Assembly: GCF_035084215.1 (NCBI RefSeq)
Contig: NW_027138407.1
Span: 310,001 to 374,000, forward strand
Direction of reading: 5' to 3'
Source of the DNA: Heptranchias perlo
Taxonomy: Eukaryota
Length of the DNA stretch: 64,000 nt
Under the pieces are notes generated by a model that worked only from the letters and a program-made list of their open reading frames with translations, was not told the DNA's origin and searched no databases. The position numbers were made by a program, and so were the translations under genes. Positions 38,215-48,170 of the stretch are shown piece by piece; positions within the stretch are counted from its first letter, which is position 1, and every line of letters starts with the position of its first letter.

Positions 38215-39640
38215 ATGCTGTGCACAGTGCTCCAAGTGTGATATGGAGACCAGGACTGTGCCCAGTGCTCCAAGTGTGATATGGAGACCAGAACTGTACA
38301 CAGTGCTCCAAGTGTGATATGGAGACCAGGACTGTACACAGTGCTCCAAGTGTGATATGGAGACCAGAACTGTTCACAGTGCTCCAAGTGTGATATGGAG
38401 ACCAGAACTGTACACAGTGCTCCAAGTGTGATATGGAGACCAGAACTGTACACAGTGCTCCAAGTGTGATATGGAGACCAGAACTGTACACAGTGCTCCA
38501 AGTGTGATATGGAGACCAGAACTGTACACAATGCTCCAAGTGTGATATGGAGACCAGAACTGTACACAGTGTTCCAAGTGTGATATGGAGACCAGAACTG
38601 TTCACAGTGCTCCAAGTGTGATATGGAGACCAGAACTGTGCACAGTGCTCCAAGTGTGATATGGAGACCAGAACTGTACACAGTGCTCCAAGTGTGATAT
38701 GGAGACGAGAACTGTGCACAGTGCTCCAAGTGTGATATGGAGACCAGAACTGTGCACAGTGCTCCAAGTGTGATATGGAGACCAGAACTGTACACAGTGC
38801 TCCAAGTGTGATATGGAGACCAGAACTGTACACAGTGCTCCAAGTGTGATATGGAGACCAGAACTGTACACAGTGCTCCAAGTGTGATATGGAGACCAGA
38901 ACTGTTCACAGTGCTCCAAGTGTGATATGGAGACCAGAACTGTGCACAGTGCTCCAAGTGTGATATGGAGACCAGAACTGTGCACAGTGCTCCAAGTGTG
39001 ATATGGAGACCAGAACTGTGCACAGTGCTCCAAGTGTGATATGGAGACCAGAACTGTACACAGTGCTCCAAGTGTGATATGGAGACCAGAACTGTACACA
39101 GTGCTCCAAGTGTGATATGGAGACCAGAACTGTGCACAGTGCTCCAAGTGTGATATGGAGACCAGAACTGTACACAGTGCTCCAAGTGTGATATGGAGAC
39201 CAGAACTGTACACAGTGCTCCAAGTGTGATATGGAGACCAGAACTGTACACAGTGCTCCAAGTGTGATATGGAGACCAGAACTGTTCACAGTGCTCCAAG
39301 TGTGATATGGAGACCAGAACTGTGCACAGTGCTCCAAGTGTGATATGGAGACCAGAACTGTGCACAGTGCTCCAAGTGTGAAATGGAGACCAGAACTGTG
39401 CACAGTGCTCCAAGTGTGATATGGAGACCAGAACTGTACACAGTGCTCCAAGTGTGATATGGAGACCAGAACTGCGCACAGTGCTCCAAGTGTGATATGG
39501 AGACCAGAACTGTACTCAGTGCTCCAAGTGTGATATGGAGACCAGAACTGCACACAGTGCTCCAAGTGTGATATGGAGACCAGAACTGTGCACAGTGCTC
39601 CAAGTGTGATATGGAGACCAGAACTGTGCACAGTGCTCTC
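38215..39640. repeat. 38-bp tandem repeat derived from a CR1 RT segment
   Basis: Unit CACAGTGCTCCAAGTGTGATATGGAGACCAGAACTGTA; reverse strand reads HLEHCVQFWSPY, the CR1 HLEYCVQFWSP motif; about 37 copies. Confidence 0.95.
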
Positions 39641-39767
39641 AGTTTGGTCTCACCAAATTCCTGGTACGGTGAGTTCATTGCTCTGTTCAACAATGCGCTG
39701 AAAAGTGATTAAACATTTCAATCGATAGTTAATAATGACGACTCGGATTTAACAAAGCACTGCAGCA

Positions 39768-39773
39768 TTTATT
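39768..39773 (-). terminator. Polyadenylation signal AATAAA of the Ig light-chain-like gene
   Basis: About 100 nt downstream of the TGA at 39873-39875. Confidence 0.75.
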
Positions 39774-39872
39774 GAGTCTATAAGACAGCTCTAAAAACCT
39801 GCAGCTCCTTCCCGCACGCTGGCGTACCCCGGGTGAACTCAGCCTCGGGACGATCCTGCGCGGCCGAACGCG

Positions 39873-40216
39873 TCACTGCAGCTCGCAGGTCTCTCGGTCG
39901 ACGGTGTGGACGATGGGCTCCTGGCTGGACTCGTGCCACACCTGGCAGGAGTAGAGGGAGTGGGAGCCCCAGCGGCTGGCCGGCAGGGTCAGGTAGCTCC
40001 CCCAGCTGTAGCTGCCGTTGTCCTCCAGCGCGGCTTTCCCCGGGCCGGCGCCCTCCGTCTCCTCGCCGTCCAGCGTCCAGCGGGCGCGCACGTAGCCCGG
40101 GTAGAAGCCGCTGGCCAGGCAACTCAGGGTGACGGCGGCGTCTGCGGCACGGGCGCGGGCCAGCTCCTCTTTCGACGGCGGGTAGAGGTGGACGGTGGGC
40201 GCCGAGAGCTGGCGGC
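39873..40216 (-). CDS. Ig light-chain-like gene exon 3: C1-set constant domain
   Basis: cccgcag| acceptor; (S)RQLSAPTVHLYPPSKEELARARAADAAVTLSCLASGFYPGYVRARWTLDGEE..DNGSYSWGSYLTLPASRWGSHSLYSCQVWHESSQEPIVHTVDRETCELQ*; canonical Cys/Trp/Cys, PPS.EEL, GFYP, YSCQV.H, C-terminal Cys, no transmembrane segment. Confidence 0.95.
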
Positions 40217-40339
40217 CTGCGGGTTGGAGGAAGAGGAGGCGTTAGTCGGGCCCCCTCGCGGCAAAGATACAAAAACAATGACCACTCCACCCTGCCAGAC
40301 TAATTAATGAGCCCGATCATCCTCCCGCACTAATCATCG

Positions 40340-41780
40340 AGGAGAAATACTTATTAACGACTTCGATGAAGGCATAGAAAGTCTCATATCTGAGTTTGCC
40401 GATGACACAAAGATTGGTGGCATTGTAAGCAGTGGAGACGGAAACATAAAATTACAAAGGGATATTGATAGATTAGGTGAATGGGCAAAACTGTGGCAAA
40501 TGGAATTCACTGTAGACAAATGTGAGGTCATCCACTTTGGATCAAAAAAGGATAGAACAGGGTACTTTCTAAATGGTAAAAAGTTAAAAACAGTGGATGT
40601 CCAAAGGGACTTAGCGGTTCAGGTACATAGATCATTGAAGTGTCATGAACAGGTGCAGAAAATAATCAATAAGGCGAATGGAATGCTGACCAGAGTACAA
40701 GGGGGCAGAAGTTATGCTGCAGCTATACAAAACCCTGGTTAGACCGCACCTGGAGTACTGTGAGCAGTTCTGGGCACCGCACCTTCGGAAGGACATATCG
40801 GCCTTGGAGGGAGTGCAGCGTAGGTTTACTAGAATGATACCCGGACTTCAAGGGTTAAGTTACGAGGAGAGATTACACAAATTGGGGTTGTATTCTCCAG
40901 AGTTTCGAAGGTTAAGGGGTGATCTGATCGAAGTTTATAAGATATTAAGGGGAATCATATCCCTTAATACCTTTGGTTGGCAAAAAGCTATCTATCTCAG
41001 ATTTAAATTTAGCAAAATTTAACCTACGCTGCACTCCCTCCAAGGCCAGTATGTCCTTCCGAAGGTGCGGTGCCCAGAACTGCTCACAGTACTCCAGGTG
41101 CGGTCTAACCAGGGTTTTGTATAGCTGCAGCATAACTTCTGCCCCCTTGTACTCTCGTCCTCTCGATATAAAGGCCAGCATTCCATTAGCCTTATTGATT
41201 ATTTTCTGCACCTGTTCATGACACTTCAATGATCTATGTACCTGAACCCCTAAGTCCCTTTGGACATCCACTGTTTTTAACTTTTTACCATTTAGAAAGT
41301 ACCCTGTTCTATCCTTTTTTGGTCCAAAGTGGATGACCTCACATTTGTCTACATTGACTTCCATTTGCCACAGTTTTGCCCATTCACCTAATCTATCAAT
41401 ATCGCTTTGTAATTTTATGTTTTCATCTACAGATAGGGTGGATAGAGAGAAACTATTTCCGCTGGTTGGGGATTCTAGGAGAAGGGGGCACAGTCTAAAA
41501 ATTAGAGCCAGACCTTTCAGGAGTGAGATTAGAAAACATTTCTGCACACAAAAGGGTGGTAGAAGTTTGGAACTCTCTTCCGCAAACAGCAATTGATACT
41601 AGCACAATTGCTAAATTTTAAATCTGAGATAGATAGCTTTTTGCCAACCAAAGGCATTAAGGGATATGGGCCAAAGGCAGGTATATGGAGTTAGATCACA
41701 GATCAGCCACGATCTTATCAAATGGCGGAGCGGGCTCGAGGGGCCGAATGGCCTACTCCTGTTCCTACGTTCCTATGTTC
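40340..41780. mobile_element. CR1 LINE 3' copy (+) containing an inverted piece of the same family (-, about 40955-41430)
   Basis: Near-identical RT peptides on both strands (VDKCEVIHFG.KKDRTGYFLNGKKLKTVDVQRDL). Confidence 0.88.
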
Positions 41781-42713
41781 CTAAAAGCGTGAAGACACAA
41801 CAACAACCTACTGAGGCAGACAAGTTGACATTCCGATCGTAGAAACATAGAAAATAGGAGCAGGAGTAGGCCATTCGGCCCTTCGAGCCTGCTCCGCCAT
41901 TCAATATGATCATAGAATCATAGAAGTTTACAACATGGAAACAGGCCCTTTGGCCCAACATGTCCATGTCGCCCAGTTTATACCACTAAGCTAGTCCCAA
42001 TTGCCTGCACTTGGCCCATGGCTAATCCTCTATCTCAATACCATATTCCCGCTCTCTCCCCATACGCTTTGATGCCTTTTGTGTCTGGAATTCCATCCAG
42101 CTCCTTCTTTGCTTGACAATTTCTCCTAATTTTTCTGTATCTTGAAATCGTGCCCTTATGCCTTTGATTTGCCCAGCACTGCGAAACAATCTGTTTTACC
42201 TTGAATGCTGCTTTATCATTTCGAACACCGCTTATCGAATTTCGCCCAGGTTTGAGAGAATACGGCTCTCGTTGCTTTCGCGACCTGGGAATTGCTCGAT
42301 GGAAACAAAACCAAGGTCCGTCTGGTTCCCCTTCTCCCACCCTGGTCGCCGTGTGATACGATGATAATGGAGTTGTTGACTAATCAGGGCCATCGATCTC
42401 CATCAATTAGTCTCCAACAGACCCAGACATGAGGTGAGGAAAACCCCCAGTGGTGGAGAGCTTTGGGGAGCCATTGGTCCAAAGTCACCTGTTCCTCCCG
42501 AGCCCTGTTCCACTTCCCGCACCTCATGTCCCCAAATTACTCGTAGACTCTCTCCCCAAATGTTATTTTCCGAACTGAAGCGATCTCATTTTTGCACTCG
42601 AACAAATCGACTCTCTCCGCTCCCACTGCCTCCCCGGGGAGCCTGTTCCACAGATCGACCACTGTGTCTAAGCAAGTCTCTCTCCATATAAGTTTGTAGA
42701 CGGGGTTACTCAC

Positions 42714-43067
42714 TGGGTATAAGTAGGTGGATGCCGTTCCCAAAGTGGACTTGGTTGTTGTAATACATGGCGCAGTAGTAAGTCCCCATGTCCGCCTTGG
42801 CCACGCTGTTCACCGTCAGGAGGTAGGTGTTGTTCACACTATCCCAGGAAGGCTGGTACCGCTCGGTGATGCCCGAGCTCCGATCGATGCTCCCACTCGC
42901 CCAGTGGGTGAGCACCCACTCCAGCCTCCGCTCGCTCCGCTCCCGGTACCAGAAGCCGCCGTAGTCTCGGACGTTCAGGTTCTGCACCCGGCAGCTCAGG
43001 GTCCCGGCCCCTCCCGCGGCCACGGAGGCCGACGGCGGCTGTCTGAGGACGGGGTTCGGCGCGGCAC
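42714..43067 (-). CDS. Ig light-chain-like gene exon 2: germline-joined VJ domain
   Basis: ctccag| acceptor, |gtgagt donor, phase 1/1; (G)AAPNPVLRQPPSASVAAGGAGTLSCRVQNLNVRDYGGFWYRERSERRLEWVLTHWASGSIDRSSGITERYQPSWDSVNNTYLLTVNSVAKADMGTYYCAMYYNNQVHFGNGIHLLIP; Cys23, Trp41, D-x-x-x-YYC and J motif FGxG in one exon. Confidence 0.95.
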
Positions 43068-43124
43068 CTGGAGGAGGAGAGGTGTGGGTGAAGAGCAAGA
43101 CGTTACCCACAGCTCCGTACCGAA

Positions 43125-43835
43125 CGGGAAGGAGAAAGAAACAAAAGATAGTAAGAAAGAAAGGGAGAACGAGAGAGAGAGAAAAAGGAGGAGATGGAAC
43201 GAGAGAAAGAGAGTGAGTAAGTACAAAAGAGAGAGAAAGAAAAAGGAGGAGATGGAACGAGAGAAAGAGAGTGAGTGCAAAAGAGAGAGAGAAAGAAAAA
43301 GATGGAATGAGAGAAAGAGAGTGAGTGCGAGAGAGAGAGAAAGAAAAAGGCGATGGAATGAGAGAAAGAGAGTGAGTGCAAAAGAGAGAGAGAAAGAGAA
43401 AGAAGGAAAGAGACAGAGCGAGAGAAAGAGTGAGAGTGAGAAAGAGAGAGAGAAAAAGAGAAAGGCAGAGAGAGAAAAAGAGAGCGAAAAAGAATAAGTG
43501 AGAAAGAATGAGAGAGAGAAGGAAAAAGAAGGAAAGATAAAGAAGGAAAGAGAGAGAAAGAGAGTGAGTAAGTGAGAAAGAGAGAGAAAGACGGAGAGAA
43601 AAAGAAAGAAAAAGAGAGCAAAAAAGTAAGTGAGAAAGAAAGAGTAAGTGAGAAAGAGAGAGAAAGAAAAAGGAGAAAGAAGAGACAGACAGAGCGAAAG
43701 AGAGTGAGTGAGAAAGAGAGAGAGAAAGAAAGACAGAGAAAAAAAAAGAAGGAAAGATAAAGGAGAAAGAAGGAAAGAGAGAGAGTGAGTAAGTGAGAAA
43801 GAGAGAGAAAAAGAGAGAGAAAGAAAGACAAAATC
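43125..43835. repeat. ~700 bp polypurine (GA/GAAA) low-complexity tract in the leader-V intron
   Basis: Almost only A and G on the plus strand. Confidence 0.95.
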
Positions 43836-44084
43836 AAATAAAATTTGACACGAGCCTCATAGAGAGATCTCGGGCCGGAATTTGCTGTCAAAATAACGGT
43901 GAGGCTGATTACACTCGCTGTTATTTTTGCGTAAATGCTACAGCAACTTCGGGCGAGGAGCAGCTGCGCGGCTCGACGCGGATATCCAGAAGTTGCTGTG
44001 CGAGATGTTTCCCCTCCGCCATTAGCTCTGCCAAGGCAGCATCTCGCCCTCAGCCTCCCCGTTCCTTTTGTGGTGAAGTTGTTG

Positions 44085-44440
44085 TGTTTGGAGGGGCGCA
44101 GAGATCTCGGAGGGTTGTAGGGCTGGAGGAGTTACAGAGATAGGGAGAGGGGGGCGAGGGCCATGGAGGGATTTGAAAACAAGAATTTTATAATCAAGGC
44201 ATTCCCGGACCGGGAGCCAATGTAGGGTCAGCGAGCACAGGGGGTGATGGGTGAACGGGACTCGGTGCGAGTTAGGATACGGGGGGGCAGCAGGAGTTTT
44301 GGATGAGCTCAAGTTTACAGAGGGTGGGAGATGGGAGGCCGGCCAGCAGAGCATTGGAATAGTCCAGTCTGGAGGTAACAAAGGCAATGAACTGAAGCAG
44401 GGGCGGAGACGGGCGATGTTACGGAGGTGGAGGTAGGCGG
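44085..44440 (-). mobile_element. L2-clade LINE fragment
   Basis: Homologous to 10.6-10.9 kb; HLRNIARLRP. Confidence 0.75.
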
Positions 44441-44544
44441 AATGGGGTCGGAAAGAGAGACAGAAAAAGAGAGAAAGAAAGAAGATAGAGAAGAACAGAA
44501 AGAAAGGAAGAGAGAGGCAGCCAGAAAGAAAAGATAAGGAAGGA

Positions 44545-44990
44545 AAGACTTGCATTTATACGGTACCTTTCACCACCTCAGGATGTCCCAAAGCGCTTTA
44601 CAGCCAAAGAACTACTTTTTTTGAAGTGTAGCCACTGTAAGGAACGCAGAAGCCAATTTGCGCACAGCAAGATCCCGCAAACAGCAATGAGATAAATGAC
44701 CAGATCATCTGGTTTTTAGGCATTGGTTGAAGGATAAATATTGGCCCCCAGGGAGATCTCCCCTGATCTTCTTCCATTAGCGTCCGTGGGATCTTTTACA
44801 GCCACCTGAGACGGGGCAGACGGGGCCCTCGGTTTAACGTCTCATCCCCAAAGACAGTGGAGCGCTCCCTCAGTACTGGCAACCGGGGAGCGTCGGCCCT
44901 GGCTTTTTGGGAAGTCGAGTCTCCGGAGCGAGCGTGGGGGCTCGAACCCACGACCTTCCGACTCGGAGTGGGGGGAGAGAGAGCAGGTGC
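44545..44990 (-). mobile_element. tRNA-derived DeuSINE (SacSINE1-like)
   Basis: Deu-domain-like sequence (revcomp GGGATCTTGCTGTGCGCAAATTGGCT..GGCTGTAAAGCGCTTTGGGACATCC..ATAAATGCAAGTC) and B-box GGTTCGAGCC. Confidence 0.75.
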
Positions 44991-45097
44991 TACCCCTGAC
45001 CATGCCACGGCTGACACCCGCGCTGCCTCGATCAGAGCCCCTGCCTCTACATCATTCAACAGACCGGCCATAAAACAGACAGCGAGCACCCACTGAC

Positions 45098-45143
45098 CTG
45101 TGAGACACAGCAGCAAAATCAAGCTTCTCTGCACCGCCTCCAT
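45098..45143 (-). CDS. Ig light-chain-like gene exon 1: leader peptide MEAVQRSLILLLCLT(G)
   Basis: 46-nt phase-1 exon, the classic Ig split-leader arrangement; |gtcagt donor; hydrophobic core; in frame with the VJ exon. Confidence 0.9.
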
Positions 45144-45189
45144 CCCCGGACTCAGATGTACGACTGTTGAGTCCGCTCCGTTCCTTGTC

Positions 45190-45290
45190 TTTTTTTATAG
45201 GGGCGGACTCGGTAGGTGGGCCTGCCTTGGTACGGATCTTTGCATAATATTCAAACAGATCCCCTCGTACGATCCTCAGATGCAAATGGT
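45190..45290 (-). promoter_or_regulatory. Ig VL-type promoter: TATAAAA (45193-45199), GC box (45200-45207), variant octamer (45238-45245), octamer ATTTGCAT (45280-45287)
   Basis: Motifs read directly; the octamer is in the light-chain orientation on the sense strand, about 80 bp upstream of TATA. Confidence 0.85.
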
Positions 45291-45334
45291 TACGTTTCGA
45301 AATATCGTTGGCTGAGGAGGACTTTGGAAAGTTT

Positions 45335-46160
45335 GGTTTCGAGGACAGAGACAGGCTGGTGGAATGGGCGGACACGTGGCAGATGAAATTTAACGCAAAG
45401 TAATACATTTTGGCAGGAAGGGCGAGGAGAGGCAATATAAACTAAAGGGTACAATTCTAAAGGTGGTGCAGGAACAGAGAGATCTGGGGGTATATGTGCA
45501 CAAATCTTTGAAGGTGGCAGGACAAGTTGAGAAAGCGGTTAAAAAAGCATATGGGATCCTGGGCTTTATAAATAGAGGCATAGAGAACAAAAGCAAGGAA
45601 GTTATGCTGAACCTTTATAAAACACTGGTTCGGCCACAACTGGAGTATTGTGTCCAATTCTGGGCACCGCACTTTAGGAAGGATGTCAAGGCCTTAGAGA
45701 GGGTGCAGAGGAGATTTACTAGAATGGTACCAGGGATGAGGGACTTCAGTGATGTGGAGAGACTGGAGAAACTGGGGTTGTTCTCCTTAGAGCAGAGAAG
45801 GTTAAGGGGAGATTTGATCGAGGTGTTCAAAATCAGGAAGGGTTTAGATAAAGTGAATAAAGAGAAACTATTCCCATCGGCAGAAGGGTCGAGAACCAGA
45901 GGACACAGATTTAAGGTGATTGGCAAAAGAGGAAAAACTTTTTTACGCAGCGAGTGGTTTTGATCTGGAATGCGCTGCCTGAAAGGGCGGTGGAAGCAGA
46001 TTTAATCGTGGCTTTCAAAAAGGGAATTGGATGAATACTTGAAGGGAAAAAATTTGCAGGGCTAGGGGGAAAGGGACTAAATGGATTGCTCTTACAAAGA
46101 GATGGCACGGGCTCGATGGGCTGAATGGCCTCCTTCTGTGCTGTAACCATTCTATGATTC
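45335..46160 (+). mobile_element. CR1 LINE 3' fragment
   Basis: [49 protein letters not shown]. Confidence 0.92.
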
Positions 46161-46629
46161 TATAAGAGGGAGATGCTGGCCAGAAAGGGACACAAACTCT
46201 CTCCCACTGACTCCAACTGGAGACACAAACTCTCTCCCACTGACTCCAACTGGAGACACAAACGCTCCCATTGACTCCAACTGGGGACACAAACCCTCTC
46301 CCACCGACCTTTGGAGGTGCCGTCTTTCGGATGAGACGTTAAACCGAGGCCCCGTCTCAGGTGGGATGTAAAAGATCCCACGGCCACTATTGGAAGAAGA
46401 GCAGGGGAGTTCTCCCTGTTCTCCTGGGGCCAATATTTACCCCTCAACTAACAACCACTAAAACAGATTATCTGGTCATTTAACCATCTTTACCACGAGG
46501 CAGCTCTTAATCGATCTCAAATCTTACACTGAGCCCTCGATGCGTAGTCCAGTATCCGATGGCTATGGCTCTGGTTCAGTTGCAGACTGAAACTAAGCTG
46601 AAGTAGTCCAGGTCTGGATCGACCGCATC

Positions 46630-47140
46630 TGGAGAGACTGCGTCCAGTTCTGGGCACCGCACCTCAGGAAGGATATATTGGCCTTGGAGGGGGTGCAGTG
46701 CAGATTCACCAGAATGATACCGGGCATAAAAGGGTTAAATTATGAGGCGAGGTTGCATAGACTAGGCTTGTGTTCCCTCGAGTGTAGAAGATTAAGGGGT
46801 GATCTAATCGAGGTATTTAAGATGATTAAAGGATTTGATAGGGTCGATAGAGAGAAATTATTTCCTCTGGTAGGGGGAGTCCAGAACAAGGGGGCAGAAC
46901 CTTAAAATTAGAGCCAGGCCTTTCAGGGGTGATGTCAGGAAGCACTTCTTCACACAAAGGGGAGTGGAAATCTGGAACTCTCTCCCCCCAAAATGCTGTT
47001 TAAGGCTAGATGGGTGAGGGTCAATTGATAATTTCAATACTGAGATTGAAAGATTTTTGTTGGGTGAGGGGATTAAGGGATATGGAACCAAGGCGGGTAA
47101 ATGGAGTTAAAATACAGATGGGCCACGATTTAATTGAATG
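46630..47140 (+). mobile_element. CR1 LINE 3' fragment
   Basis: [42 protein letters not shown]. Confidence 0.9.
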
Positions 47141-48170
47141 TTGTTGGAAGCCAATCATCTCAGCCCCAGGACATTGCTGCAGAAGTTCCTCAGGGCAGTG
47201 TCCTCGGCCCAACCATCTTCAGCTGCTTCATCAATGACATTCCCTCCATCATAAGGTCAGAAATGGGGATGTTTGCTGATGATTGCACAGTGTTCAGTTC
47301 CATTCGCAACCCCTAAGATTATGAAGCAGTCCGTGCCCGCATGCAGCAAGACCTGGACAACATCCAGGCTTGGGCTGATAAGTGGCAAGTAACATTCATG
47401 CCAGACAAGTGCCAGGCAATGACCATCTCCAACAAGAGAGAGTCTTACCACCTCCCCCTGACATTCAACGGCATTACCATCGCCGAATCCCCCTCCATCA
47501 ACATCCTGGGGGTCACCATTGACCAGAAACCTAACTGGACCAGCCATATAAATACTGTGGTTACGAGAGCAGGTCAGAGGCTGGGTATTCTGCGGCGAGT
47601 GACTCACCTCCTGACTCCCCAAAGCCTTTCCACCATCTACAAGGCACGAGTCAGGAGTGTGATGGAATAATTTCCACTTGCCTGGATGAGTGCAGCTCCA
47701 ACAACACTCAAGAAGCTCGACACCATCCAGGACAAAACAGCCCGCTTGATTGGCACCCCATCCACCACCCTAAACATTCACTCCCTTCACCACCGGCGCA
47801 CAGTGGCTGCAGTGTGTACCATCCACAGGATGCACTGCAGCAACTCGCCAAGGCTTCTTCGAAAGCACCTCCCAAACCCGCGACCTCTACCACCAAGAAG
47901 GACAAGAGCAGCAGGCACATGGGAACAACACCACCTGCACGTTCCCCTCCAAGTCACACACCATCCCGACTTGGAAATATATTGCTGTTCCTTCATCATT
48001 GCTGGGTCAAAATCCTGGAACTCCCTTCCTAACAGCACTGTGGGAGAACCTTCACCACACGGACTGCAGCGGTTCAAGGCGGCGGCTCACCACCACCTTC
48101 TCAAGGGGCAATTAGAGATGGGCAATAAATGCCAGCCTCGCCACATCCCATGAACGAATATAAAAAAAAT
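47140..48170 (+). mobile_element. Family 'B' LINE 3' ~1 kb with A-tail
   Basis: PQGSVLGPTIFSCFIND..MFADDC with in-frame stops; ends CACATCCCATGAACGAATATAAAAAAAA. Confidence 0.9.

Noticed and set aside
42706-43110. ORF-track start and end for the V domain (MGNVLL...IPSE*)
   Set aside because: Both ends are intronic read-through; the splice sites define 42714-43067
42727-43891. Lys/Arg/Glu-rich and Ser/Leu/Phe-rich ORFs
   Set aside because: Translations of the polypurine tract and the antisense strand of the V exon
39873-45143. TCR chain or Ig heavy-chain identity for the V-C gene
   Set aside because: A single C1 exon ends in a stop after the Cys and is followed by AATAAA; there is no connecting-peptide or transmembrane exon, and the octamer is in light-chain orientation
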